NCBI GenBank assembly: GCA_008369845.1
Contig: MRSU01002742.1
Span: 1-34,698, forward strand
From: Trichomonas gallinae
Taxonomy: Eukaryota
Reading direction: 5' to 3'
DNA length: 34,698 bases
Shown: positions 12,153 through 22,097 of the stretch, in pieces
How the letters are laid out: each line of letters begins with the position of its first letter
Position numbering within the stretch: position 1 is the stretch's first letter
Translations under genes and position numbers: made by a program
The notes under the pieces: model-generated
Seen by the model: only the letters and a program-made list of their open reading frames with translations
What the model was told of the DNA's origin: nothing
Databases searched by the model: none

Positions 12153-12706
12153 AAATTAAGCCTTTTTGACCTGATTATCGTAGTAAATATGCATTTGATA
12201 GCAGATCTAATTAATTAAAACAGCACAAATTGATATTTGAATTAGGAAATATATTACACGTCAGAAAGTAGTTTACATGGCAATTATAAATCTCACGTAT
12301 TAACTCAATACATTTTATGATTTTCTTTTTCAATACATAGAATATATTATAAGGAATCAATATCCAGAACTTCATTGTTTTTCATCTTCTTGTTTACATT
12401 TTTTGCTGCATTAACAAACCTTTGCATTTTTCAAATGAGTTTTGTAAATTCATAATGTCAAAAGTCAAATTTACGTGTCAATATATAATAACATCATATC
12501 AAATTGCAATTAATCAATAAGAAATTAGGTCCATAAATTGTAACACTCACATTAAAAATATACAAATAAATAATATATATATAATCAATTTGTTAATGAT
12601 TAACTTTTTTTTTTGCTTATCAAAAGAAATAATATGATATATATAAAAAGGAATAAATTTATCATACAAACATAATATAAACGCTTTATTATAACAATAT
12701 ATAATA

Positions 12707-15700
12707 TCAATTTTGTGGATCAATACGTACTTCTTCTGATATTGGGATATAGAATGTATTTGTCGTTCCTTTACCTTTGAGATAAACATCCTGTCTCTCA
12801 ATGGCTTTGTAGATTCCTGCTGGAAGCGCATGATAAGTTGACGGCAGCATTTGTATTGTGTCTAAGAATGATGAGGTTTCTAAACGAGCAGATACATTCA
12901 CGGCATCACCCCAAACGTCATACAATGGTTTCTCTCTTCCTAATACACCCGAAATAATTGGTCCATCATAATTCACACCAATATTCAAGTGTATTTTGTT
13001 CTCGTTTTCCAACTGGTTTCTTTCGAGACACCATTTGCCGCATTCCAGACAAAATGCAACAGCTTCATGCACTGGCGTCCTGTCTGAAACTTCATTGAAC
13101 AAGCCAGCAGCAGCCATGTAGACACCATTGATCATTTTGATCTTAACTAGTGTCGGATATTTAACAATGAAGTGGTCGAACTTCGAGAAAATAGAATCCA
13201 ATAATTGCATGATTTCTTCGTGATTTTTATTGACACACCAATGAATGAAATTGTTGATGCCGATGAAAATAATTACAGCTTTGTCAACGCATGATATAAT
13301 ATCTTCATGATCGGACTTCGACATCAATCTCGTTGCAATGACTTTAGGCATGATTTTAGACAGAAGATTTTCAACTCTGTTCTGAGCAGCCTTAAGCATG
13401 TTTTCGTTTAGATAAAACTCTGACATGTCTCTAATAATGAAAGCATAACTCATGTTGTCGCCCCACATCATGACATTTGTTATTCTAAGGACTTTGCATG
13501 ATATGATTTTGAGTTCATCGGTGCCAGTTCTTGTCGTCAGAGTGAATTCTGCTTCTGTGACAGCCGATTTAGACTGAGGTAGAGTTGCTGCATCTATTAT
13601 TGGATCATCCTGCATTTCAAATAGCTGTCTAAACTGTTGCTGGACCATGGTGTTTTGGCTTATATCTGCAATAATGTTTGCTACGTTTTGCTGAATGATT
13701 TCTTCCTTTTTGCGCTTTAATAACAAAATCGCGGAATTGTTTGCATCTTGTATAATTCCTGAACTTGAAACCATCAATATACCATTCAAAGATTGTTTAA
13801 TTATGTGTCTGCTCAAATTCATTTCGTTTATCGTTGTATCTCTTTTTGTCTTTGAAAACAAATCTACTGCCATTGTTATTGCCTGTTTTGATGTAGTCGG
13901 GATCACCAATAACATGTTTTTGAACATGCTAAATTCTCTGTGGTACAAAATTATTCTGTATAATATGAAAATAAAGTACAAAATCGAAAATATCATTCCG
14001 ATGAACTTGTTCGTGAAATTAAGATTGAAGTATTGTTTTGCGTAGATTTTCAATCTCTTGTTATATATTTTTGTGTATTGATTTGTAATATTTAGCAAAT
14101 TAACGAATCCTATTTTTGATGCTAAAACTAAATTCGTTGAGTTTGTTAAACTGGAATTGTAAAATGCAGATATGTTACTGAAAATATCATCAACATCTTG
14201 TTTCATGTATACTTTTAAAACTTCTAGTTCATCTGCATCGTTTTTATTGATGGTGTCTTCATCGAAACTTTTCAAGCTGGTTAAACGAGTATCAATATAA
14301 TCTTTGAGCTTATTTATATCATCATAATTTTGGTAATTTCTGGTGACAGATTTGTTGATGAAAGCATTCATCGTCATAACAACTGCAAACTGAGTTCCTG
14401 CTGATACTTCGTTTAGAGCAGAGAAGATTTTTTCTGCGTATGAAATTAATGAAAATATCTGTTTCGCTGGTATTATATATAAACCCATGAGCAAACTCCA
14501 AGCGAGAAAATAAAGCAAGGAAATCAAGATAAAAGCTAATCTAGTGTTTGAATACATCCTTAATTTTTCTATTTTTGTTTTGTGTTTCTTAGTATTATAT
14601 TCATCAACTGGGATGTATTCAGCATCGAGAGAAATTTCTCCGTCATTTGATACTGATCCTGAAGGGTTATCCAATTCATCGCTTCCAAGAATATTGTCTG
14701 CTTCATTGCTTGATGCTTCCGAGCCTCTTATTTCGGAAATCAACGATTCACCCCTAACAAGTCTTTTTCTGACTTCTCCGATTGACCTTGGATCGATTTC
14801 AATCAGAGAGTTCCAGAAATATCCTCTTTCTGTTCTTTTCCTTGTTATCAACAAAACACCTAAGACAGTTGACAATACCATTACTGCAATAACGCAGCAA
14901 ATTGAGAAAATATTATATGTTTTTCTGTAAGCTTTTAAAAACTTCTGTTCTTTGTTGTATAATTCCGTGTTCATGTATGTTAAGGTGAATGTTGAGCTTG
15001 CAAAATACATCTGAGCTGTATTAATATCTGTCGCTGATTTGTTAGTGCATGAAAAAGTATCAAATGAATCCAATAAAATCGCTAATAGAGAATGAACAGC
15101 ATGAAGTGTTAAATTTCTTGGAATGTATTTCGATGGAGAAGCCCACGACGTAAGAATATCTTCATTGGAAACAGTTATGACATTAAACGTGTAAATTAGA
15201 TTTGAAAGGTCATAAATGTGTTCATGATATTCATTAAAAGGTTCTAGTGTATCAAAGAAACTAAATTCTGATTTATATTTTTCGTCACAGCTTTCAACGA
15301 CTTTGTGTGTAACATTCATTACACTTCTGACTGGATTTGTTATCAATATATTGACTGAATTAGAAATATCATGGCATATTTGGTCAGTCATTGTAATAAA
15401 GTTTTGTGGAGTGATTCTATATAAAGTGACAACAAACGTGAAAATCATCGAAATCACGAAAACAAAAATCGACCATCTAAGACCGATAGATTTAATCTGC
15501 TTGATCTGATTTTGAACAGCAAGACTCTGAGTTGTCTGGAATTCTAAGTTGTGGACTGAGTTTCGCAAACTTTTTCGTTCTTTCTTGAATTCAATGTCGG
15601 AAACAGATGAATCACCTGAAATTAAACTTTTGTCTGATATAGACCATGCAGCAGCTAGTTTTACGTCTGATTTAATCTGTAGATAAAAGTTTGATATGAT

Positions 15701-17185
15701 TGTACATAGTTTAATCGATTTTGGACATTGAATTGCGTAAAATTTTGCATATTTTTCAAATTCGTTGCAGAGATCATTGTATTTGAATAAACTACTATCA
15801 ATATCATCATTCTGGGCCATTGATATCATTTCTATGATATCAAAATAAACTTTTCTGATTTGATTCAATATTTTTGTTAAATGACCAATAAAACTGTTCA
15901 ATATATCTTCATCTGGCTGAATTGAAAAGACTTCGTATTGTAAATCGCATAAAAGTTGTCTTTTTGATAATGATACATCTTTTGGTCGAAATTGCTTGAT
16001 TTCTGTTATATCTGATGGAGAAAGCTGATGCATCAACATTAAATATCTGTAACAGTTTATCCTTAAGTCATTATCATTAGCATTTTCAGCATGATATCTT
16101 GCAAATTTCACTGCTTTGATAGAATCAGTAATCATTAAATAAGAGAGTTTTCTATTTGCTATCCTTGAACTTGATACAGCAAATTCTTCGGTATCATCTT
16201 CTTCAAAATCGTCGTTATCTAGGTTTTCGAGTTGAATTTCATCAATTGGGCCTTGTTGTAGTTTTTCTGAGAAATTTATATGATAATAATTATTAATTAT
16301 GAGAGCTGATATTACATATGCAATGAAAACGTTCAAAACTTGGATAATTAAAGTATCTTGAATTAAACTTGGCCAAATAACGCATAAAATATCAGTCCAT
16401 GACTGTACTGTGCAAATTATCCAGAAAATCATCATCAAAAACTGGTCCTGCTTGCGATAAAATGGAAAATTAATTAAAATAATTACTTCACAGATACAGA
16501 ACAAACTACTGAATCCAAGTATATGGTAAACTATTATGTCGCCGTAAAATGGTATCAATGTTCTCAATTGAAAGAGAATTGCGAAAACATATGTTAAAAC
16601 TGTTATCGGCATCAAATTCCAGCTTGCTAAGAAAACGGACTGCGAGAATAATGCATGTGAAGACATAAGCTTATGAAAAATGTAAACAATTTCGAATAAA
16701 ATCGTAGATAAAATAATTAAAACTAGATTGGATATAACTAACTGTTTTTGGAATGCCAATTGGATTTCATATTGAAGAATAGCTGATGAATTTAACTGTA
16801 ATAAAGGAAGAACAGCTTCTAATAAAAATCGAACGAAATATGAAAACGATGCATTTAACAGCAGCGATTTTCTGAATACTATCATGATGATCAATGTAAT
16901 GAAAATAATAATTGAGATCGAAAAAATCAAATAAATTTTTGGATTTCGTGGAATGTCGGGGAAATAAAGAATGGTATAGAATAAGTTGTACATATCCTGC
17001 AGGAAATTGTTTTCATCGCGTCGAATCAGCAGGAATCCGGAAACGTATGGAAATAGATATAAAAAATAGAGAATATCGCGGAAAATGTGTACCCAATTAG
17101 GCAGCCTTGGACTGGAGTTGAATATGTGAAATGCCTGATAAAAAGGACCCCAGCTTTTACCAATCCCTGTCTCTATGGAATACAT
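12707..17185 (-). CDS. Multi-pass transmembrane PAS + class III nucleotide cyclase-domain protein (trichomonad TM cyclase family); metal-binding Asp residues absent
   Basis: 1492-aa uninterrupted ORF with many hydrophobic helices, a PAS-like segment (IIKQSLNGILMVSSSGIIQDANNSA), LLSKIMP helix, and cyclase motifs IFIGI, KIKMINGVYMAAAG, YDVWGDAVNVSARLE, YLKGKG. Confidence 0.93.
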   Translation of the reverse strand: MYSIETGIGKSWGPFYQAFHIFNSSPRLPNWVHIFRDILYFLYLFPYVSGFLLIRRDENNFLQDMYNLFYTILYFPDIPRNPKIYLIFSISIIIFITLIIMIVFRKSLLLNASFSYFVRFLLEAVLPLLQLNSSAILQYEIQLAFQKQLVISNLVLIILSTILFEIVYIFHKLMSSHALFSQSVFLASWNLMPITVLTYVFAILFQLRTLIPFYGDIIVYHILGFSSLFCICEVIILINFPFYRKQDQFLMMIFWIICTVQSWTDILCVIWPSLIQDTLIIQVLNVFIAYVISALIINNYYHINFSEKLQQGPIDEIQLENLDNDDFEEDDTEEFAVSSSRIANRKLSYLMITDSIKAVKFARYHAENANDNDLRINCYRYLMLMHQLSPSDITEIKQFRPKDVSLSKRQLLCDLQYEVFSIQPDEDILNSFIGHLTKILNQIRKVYFDIIEMISMAQNDDIDSSLFKYNDLCNEFEKYAKFYAIQCPKSIKLCTIISNFYLQIKSDVKLAAAWSISDKSLISGDSSVSDIEFKKERKSLRNSVHNLEFQTTQSLAVQNQIKQIKSIGLRWSIFVFVISMIFTFVVTLYRITPQNFITMTDQICHDISNSVNILITNPVRSVMNVTHKVVESCDEKYKSEFSFFDTLEPFNEYHEHIYDLSNLIYTFNVITVSNEDILTSWASPSKYIPRNLTLHAVHSLLAILLDSFDTFSCTNKSATDINTAQMYFASSTFTLTYMNTELYNKEQKFLKAYRKTYNIFSICCVIAVMVLSTVLGVLLITRKRTERGYFWNSLIEIDPRSIGEVRKRLVRGESLISEIRGSEASSNEADNILGSDELDNPSGSVSNDGEISLDAEYIPVDEYNTKKHKTKIEKLRMYSNTRLAFILISLLYFLAWSLLMGLYIIPAKQIFSLISYAEKIFSALNEVSAGTQFAVVMTMNAFINKSVTRNYQNYDDINKLKDYIDTRLTSLKSFDEDTINKNDADELEVLKVYMKQDVDDIFSNISAFYNSSLTNSTNLVLASKIGFVNLLNITNQYTKIYNKRLKIYAKQYFNLNFTNKFIGMIFSILYFIFILYRIILYHREFSMFKNMLLVIPTTSKQAITMAVDLFSKTKRDTTINEMNLSRHIIKQSLNGILMVSSSGIIQDANNSAILLLKRKKEEIIQQNVANIIADISQNTMVQQQFRQLFEMQDDPIIDAATLPQSKSAVTEAEFTLTTRTGTDELKIISCKVLRITNVMMWGDNMSYAFIIRDMSEFYLNENMLKAAQNRVENLLSKIMPKVIATRLMSKSDHEDIISCVDKAVIIFIGINNFIHWCVNKNHEEIMQLLDSIFSKFDHFIVKYPTLVKIKMINGVYMAAAGLFNEVSDRTPVHEAVAFCLECGKWCLERNQLENENKIHLNIGVNYDGPIISGVLGREKPLYDVWGDAVNVSARLETSSFLDTIQMLPSTYHALPAGIYKAIERQDVYLKGKGTTNTFYIPISEEVRIDPQN

Positions 17186-17558
17186 TTTTTATTTCTAAAT
17201 TTGCAAATTTTTCATTTTTTTTTCTTGCTTGGAACATATCAACGGGAATATTTATTTTCAATAAATTTAATATTAATTAGACCATTCAATTTTATTTTTG
17301 GTAAATATTTATAAACTACATATATATAGTATTTTATATAAAATCATCCTTATCAAAAATTGAATTGAAATAAATCCGAATTGTTTTGATCGTTAACATG
17401 AAATTACCAAAATATTCGCAAAATTTACATATGTTATGAAATTGTAAAGTTTACAAATTGATGAACAATTAAATCCAAAAAGAATACGAAAAACTGATAC
17501 ATGTAAGAATCATGCCAGTCAATAATATGGTGAAAGCTCTCATTATAGAATTACCTAT

Positions 17559-17693
17559 TATGAGTCTTTCACTCCCTGTATCGAAAGCAGGTGTTGCAAT
17601 GCAAATTCTCTGCTTTTGGCCGCCACTCAAAGATGTCTGCTACACAATCGTTGAATAATTCTCCGGCAGAGTCATAATAAAGTTGTGTGCATT
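17559..17693 (-). pseudogene. Short remnant of an ABC transporter (ABCB/MDR-type) nucleotide-binding domain
   Basis: Minus-strand translation NAHNFIMTLPENYSTIV*QTSLSGGQKQRICIATPAFDTGSERLI contains the ABC signature LSGGQKQRI and a degenerate D-loop (ATSALD.ESE). One in-frame stop; the Walker B segment is missing. Confidence 0.9.
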
Positions 17694-17717
17694 TACAGAA
17701 ATTCCTTCGGGTTTTAA

Positions 17718-17771
17718 TTTTGACACGTAAAATTATAAAATTGAATTAAAAATAAATTTTTGACATGTAAA
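17718..17771 (+). promoter_or_regulatory. Two copies of TTTTGACA(C/T)GTAAA, 40 bp apart, upstream of the ankyrin-MBL gene
   Basis: ttttgacacgtaaa at 17718-17731 and ttttgacatgtaaa at 17758-17771; ATG at 17818. Same motif and gene-relative orientation as 2686..2719. Confidence 0.5.
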
Positions 17772-17817
17772 AATTGATCGTAGGATTTCAGAAGTCAAAA
17801 TTTGGAAAATTTCTTGA

Positions 17818-19644
17818 ATGAGCAGCATAGTTAAAGCCATCATAAGTGGTTCCTTATTTGATATACAAAGTGCTCTAAAGAATCATGAAGGAATTAATGA
17901 TGAATTCAAATTAGATGATAAAAATTATTATCCTATTACATGGGCTTGTTATAATGAACTAATTACTCTAGTAGAAATGCTTGCAAAATGTGGTGCAGAT
18001 CCTAATAAATCATTCAAAACGCAAGATAATCGCGAACTTTTCGTAGTGGATTGGGCGTGCGAACAAAATATTGGATCTCTCGTCGAAATTTTACTTAATT
18101 GTGGTGCTACTGCTACTCCTACAGCATATAAAATAGCACTTGAGAAAAATCAAAGATTAGTGCTCTCAGCTTTATCAGATTCAATCAAATATACAATCAA
18201 AAACATGTACAAATCACACATATACCAAGCATATGACTCTAAGCTGATCGATTATAATACTGATAACCTTTACATCTTCGCTTTCCACATGGGACAAGCA
18301 AACTTCCTTTGTGTGAGAAGAAATAACAAAGTTGTTATTGTTGATTGTGGTGAAAATGGTGGATCAATCAACAAGCAATTCAGAGAAGCCAACAAAGACC
18401 ACCTAAAAACAATAGAAGAACTCAACAAAGTAATCGTAGCATATAACAAATTTAGAGAATGTCCAGGAAAAGTAAAGAAAATGTTTACAACGAATTCAAG
18501 AACAAATCCAAAAGATGAGTTTAGAGCTGCATTAGATGCCATAAGAAAAAATGGCACAACTGAGCAATTAAATCTAATGTCAGAAATAGAAATTATGTCA
18601 ATCGACGACCAAGATTTAGTCATCGATAAAATCAACGAAGTCATCAAAATTAGTGAAGAGCTTGAAAAGGTCAAACAAAGGCAGGAATTCTTCTTAGTTT
18701 TTAATGATTCAGAAGTTGAATATCTTTTTGTCACTCATTCACATGATGACCATTATAGCTTCATCGACAACATGATAAAATATTTCCCAAAAAGCTTCGA
18801 AAAAACGCAGTATTTATTTGGTGGAAACGAAACAGACTGGAAAGGCAAAACTGTTGACAAAGTTTTCGATGCAATCGGCAGAGAGAAAATCAAATACACA
18901 GGAAGAGAATATTCAACGATGACTTTCAATCTTTTGAATGGTTTGGAAGTAAAAGTTCATGGACAAGATTTGCCTGATGATGCTGATAAGGACAAAAACC
19001 AGATTTCCTTATTTGTTACAATAGACATCAACGGAAAAAGAGTTTTGTTCACTGGTGATGCTGAAGGCTGTCATTTGAGAAGACTAAGAATTGAAAAGCC
19101 AACTGATGTTGACGAAAAAACAAAACTTTTCTTAGATGAAATTGAAAAATTAATCAAAGAAAAAAGATTGTCACGAGAAAATTGCACTAAAGAAGTCTAC
19201 GAAAAGTTAAAAGAATTCAAAGGTAATAATGATATAGAGAAAATTATCAAGAACATGCTGAATCTCGAGGAAGTTTTGTTGGTCTTTGAGCCACATCATG
19301 GTTCATTGACAAAGAATTCGCATGATATTTACAAATATTTATCAGTTCAAGACATGAAGAAAGTTTTCTGCATCATGAGTTATCCTATGTCCATGGATTA
19401 TCTACCAAAAAGAGAATCAGTGGAAAATCGTGTTACAGAACCAAAAACTCGTGAACATCCAGTTGTTTTTGCAGTGGATGAAATTCCATCAATGAATGTC
19501 ACAACAGATCCTGTTTACACAACTGGTGCTTGCTGTGATAATATGTATGTCTTCTCTTTCTCTAATGATAAAAATGAAAAATTTGTGAAATTATTAAATC
19601 TCACAAATGAAGTCCCAGAATGGGAAGACATTAAGTATGAATAA
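17818..19644 (+). CDS. Ankyrin-repeat + ComEC/Rec2-like metallo-beta-lactamase-fold hydrolase
   Basis: N-terminal ankyrin-like repeats (YPITWACYNELITLVEMLAKCGADPN; VVDWACEQNIGSLVEILLNCGA). MBL motifs in ComEC order: FHMGQAN, VIVDCG, THSHDDH (HxHxDH), NQISL, VLFTGDAE, PHHGS. Confidence 0.85.
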   Translation: MSSIVKAIISGSLFDIQSALKNHEGINDEFKLDDKNYYPITWACYNELITLVEMLAKCGADPNKSFKTQDNRELFVVDWACEQNIGSLVEILLNCGATATPTAYKIALEKNQRLVLSALSDSIKYTIKNMYKSHIYQAYDSKLIDYNTDNLYIFAFHMGQANFLCVRRNNKVVIVDCGENGGSINKQFREANKDHLKTIEELNKVIVAYNKFRECPGKVKKMFTTNSRTNPKDEFRAALDAIRKNGTTEQLNLMSEIEIMSIDDQDLVIDKINEVIKISEELEKVKQRQEFFLVFNDSEVEYLFVTHSHDDHYSFIDNMIKYFPKSFEKTQYLFGGNETDWKGKTVDKVFDAIGREKIKYTGREYSTMTFNLLNGLEVKVHGQDLPDDADKDKNQISLFVTIDINGKRVLFTGDAEGCHLRRLRIEKPTDVDEKTKLFLDEIEKLIKEKRLSRENCTKEVYEKLKEFKGNNDIEKIIKNMLNLEEVLLVFEPHHGSLTKNSHDIYKYLSVQDMKKVFCIMSYPMSMDYLPKRESVENRVTEPKTREHPVVFAVDEIPSMNVTTDPVYTTGACCDNMYVFSFSNDKNEKFVKLLNLTNEVPEWEDIKYE

Positions 19645-20305
19645 AAATATTTTATAACAAAGAACAGTACTTTCTTCATGATATTACGAAATCTAATTTC
19701 GATTCATATTATTATTCATTATTATGCTAAAAATATCATAACAATGCTAATTATATCTTTATTCAATTGCTAATTGAGCGTCTCTGTAATCTGTTGTTAT
19801 TTCTTTATTATCGAAATATTATCTTTTATTATCAAAAGAATTAGAATGCACATGATAAATATCTTTACATAGTTGTAGTTGATTATTAAGTTATACATAA
19901 TTTTAATGATATAATTTTTTTGTTCTGTGATTTGAACATTTTCTCAACATTTGAAGTATATTTGTCTAAATAATGAGGTTCACTTAAGGATTTATCTATT
20001 TAAGATTGCTATCCACTTATTTTCACATCATTGAAAAGATAAACTCTTAATAAATATCATTTTTTCATTAATATTATTATATACAATAAGCATAATAGTT
20101 GATATTCAAAGCATGTGATCGTTTGTATGATATTTTCTCAATTTTTTGATGCATTTGAACAAAATTGCTTAAGACCAGTAGGGTTCCGTATCATATTGAT
20201 ACACTCTACATAATTCTTATATAATATTATAAAATTAAAATATTCAAAATTCGAATTTTTAAAAATATAAACAAAACAAAGTATGTATAATAACCATCAA
20301 TACAA

Positions 20306-20740
20306 TTAGTGGTAATTAAGCAATTGGAACAAGTCAGATGGATCAACATTGATAACATTATCCTTCTTGATTTCTTTTTCAGCCATCATGAGATTTTGCT
20401 CTCTTCTTGAAGGATTAATGTCATTGATATATGGCTGAATGATATTCCAGTTTTCAGTGTACCAGCAAAGCAATGCTGTCTTATTTCTTCTGGCTAATCT
20501 ATCAACAATGAGTCCGTGCTTCTTCGCCATTAGGTTGGCGAATATTAATAATGTGTCTATTGTAACACGGCTATCAAACTTGCTTTCGATAATCGCTGTA
20601 ACAAGATCCATCTTCACGCCATTATGTTTTATTCTAGCAAGCATGTCTTCGTGATCCTTCTGGTTCTGCTGTGATACCTGCGTGAACTTACGGAACTTGC
20701 GTGTGGTTAAAATGTCGTACACGTACTGCATAGTCTGCAT
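20306..20740 (-). CDS. Uncharacterised small protein, 'DRLARRN..ALLCWY.ENW' family (paralogue of 7145..7600)
   Basis: ATG at 20740 (the track start at 20743 is GTG); Inr-like TCATA at 20759-20755; same conserved core and C-terminal DPSDLFQLLNYH*. Confidence 0.85.
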   Translation of the reverse strand: MQTMQYVYDILTTRKFRKFTQVSQQNQKDHEDMLARIKHNGVKMDLVTAIIESKFDSRVTIDTLLIFANLMAKKHGLIVDRLARRNKTALLCWYTENWNIIQPYINDINPSRREQNLMMAEKEIKKDNVINVDPSDLFQLLNYH

Positions 20741-22097
20741 CACTAAAATAATGCTATGAATTTATATTGAATGGCATATTCAAAAATAATGAAAACATAT
20801 AGTTCAAAAAGGCTTTTAGAGCATAATATTCGAATGCAATTTTTGAAAGGATTATTGAAGTTAAATGGATTCAAATTTTGAATAGGTCATAAGAAAATTG
20901 CGTTTAGATTTAACATCATAATATAGTATATTCTTTGATTTTAAGCGATTTTTGATGATTGTTGAATTTTCATTTGTCAGAAACAAATGTTTCGGAATTG
21001 ACTACAAAATAATAGTACTCTAAGAACATAATATTATAGCAGATAAATAATACTAAAAACGAATGTCTCAAAATTTTGGGAAGTAAAAATTAATTATTTA
21101 AAATAAGCTTTGTCAATGTATATAGGTTTTATATCTCGAAATATTTCGAAATTCTATGTAATCTTTGGCGGTTTTTGCAGTTTGCGAAAAATAATTGCAT
21201 ATTTCGATTCCATATAGCATATAGCATCCATCGATGATGATTTTGTTTTGTTTACTGCGGAGTGTAGAAATATTGAAAGACAATCTCAAAATTAACTCAT
21301 ACAAAAGAACATTGAGAGCAAGATTTTTGATAACTTTACGTTTACGAAATTCAATAGAATATTCATGCAAATCATTGAATCTCTGCGGCCATTCGATTCA
21401 CGTTCTTTCTAGATAATTGGTATCTGTACATGCTTATTATCTCAAATCATGAAAAATAGAATTATCAATGACTTTACTGCTATTGCACTAAAATCACCTA
21501 ATTTAAATGAATTATTCGGGTAATACAACTTGTAGTTATGATATATATTTATTGAGATACGAAATTAATCGTATAAATTTCAAAATCTCGTTTCGAATAT
21601 CCGTTGACATGACTGTTTTGATTGACCTGTTCATTAATGCGATGAGTACAAAAAACATTTAAAGATTTTTGTCATACGTTCGGCCCATTCTAAACACAAG
21701 CCAATTATTGTCTCATAACTCGATTTTTTTAATCTGTTTGATTTCATGCGTACTAATCTTCACTAAATTAACTGTGGGATTGACGAGCTTTTTCCTATCT
21801 TTTGTTCAATTCGTTAAAATTTCTTTCCACACAATTTTTATTTGAAAGCGGTTTTGAGAGGCATTCGTTTTTATCTTATTGTATGACATGTAGCGATCAT
21901 TATTTTCCAATTATTTCGCACTTGATTGAATTAAATATTTTCTTCAATTTTTTATATTTAGATTTGTTATATGATGTACAGCAAATATCAAAATAAAATA
22001 ATCGGACCACCAAATAATCTTCTCAATTGTGTTTGGAATTTTTGAGATGTTTTTCAAATATCAAAAAGTGTCATTAAAGTAAAAAAAAAGTCCGTCA

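Noticed and set aside
13695..17314. Several plus-strand ORFs inside or overlapping the large cyclase gene
   Set aside because: Antisense shadows of a long coding region; no independent motifs.
17818..18210. Impression of more A/T-ending codons in the ankyrin part than in the MBL part (recent fusion junction)
   Set aside because: Not quantified and the segment is too short to judge by eye.
18270..18734. 154-aa minus-strand ORF
   Set aside because: Antisense to the MBL gene; Ser/Leu/Phe-rich composition typical of shadow ORFs.
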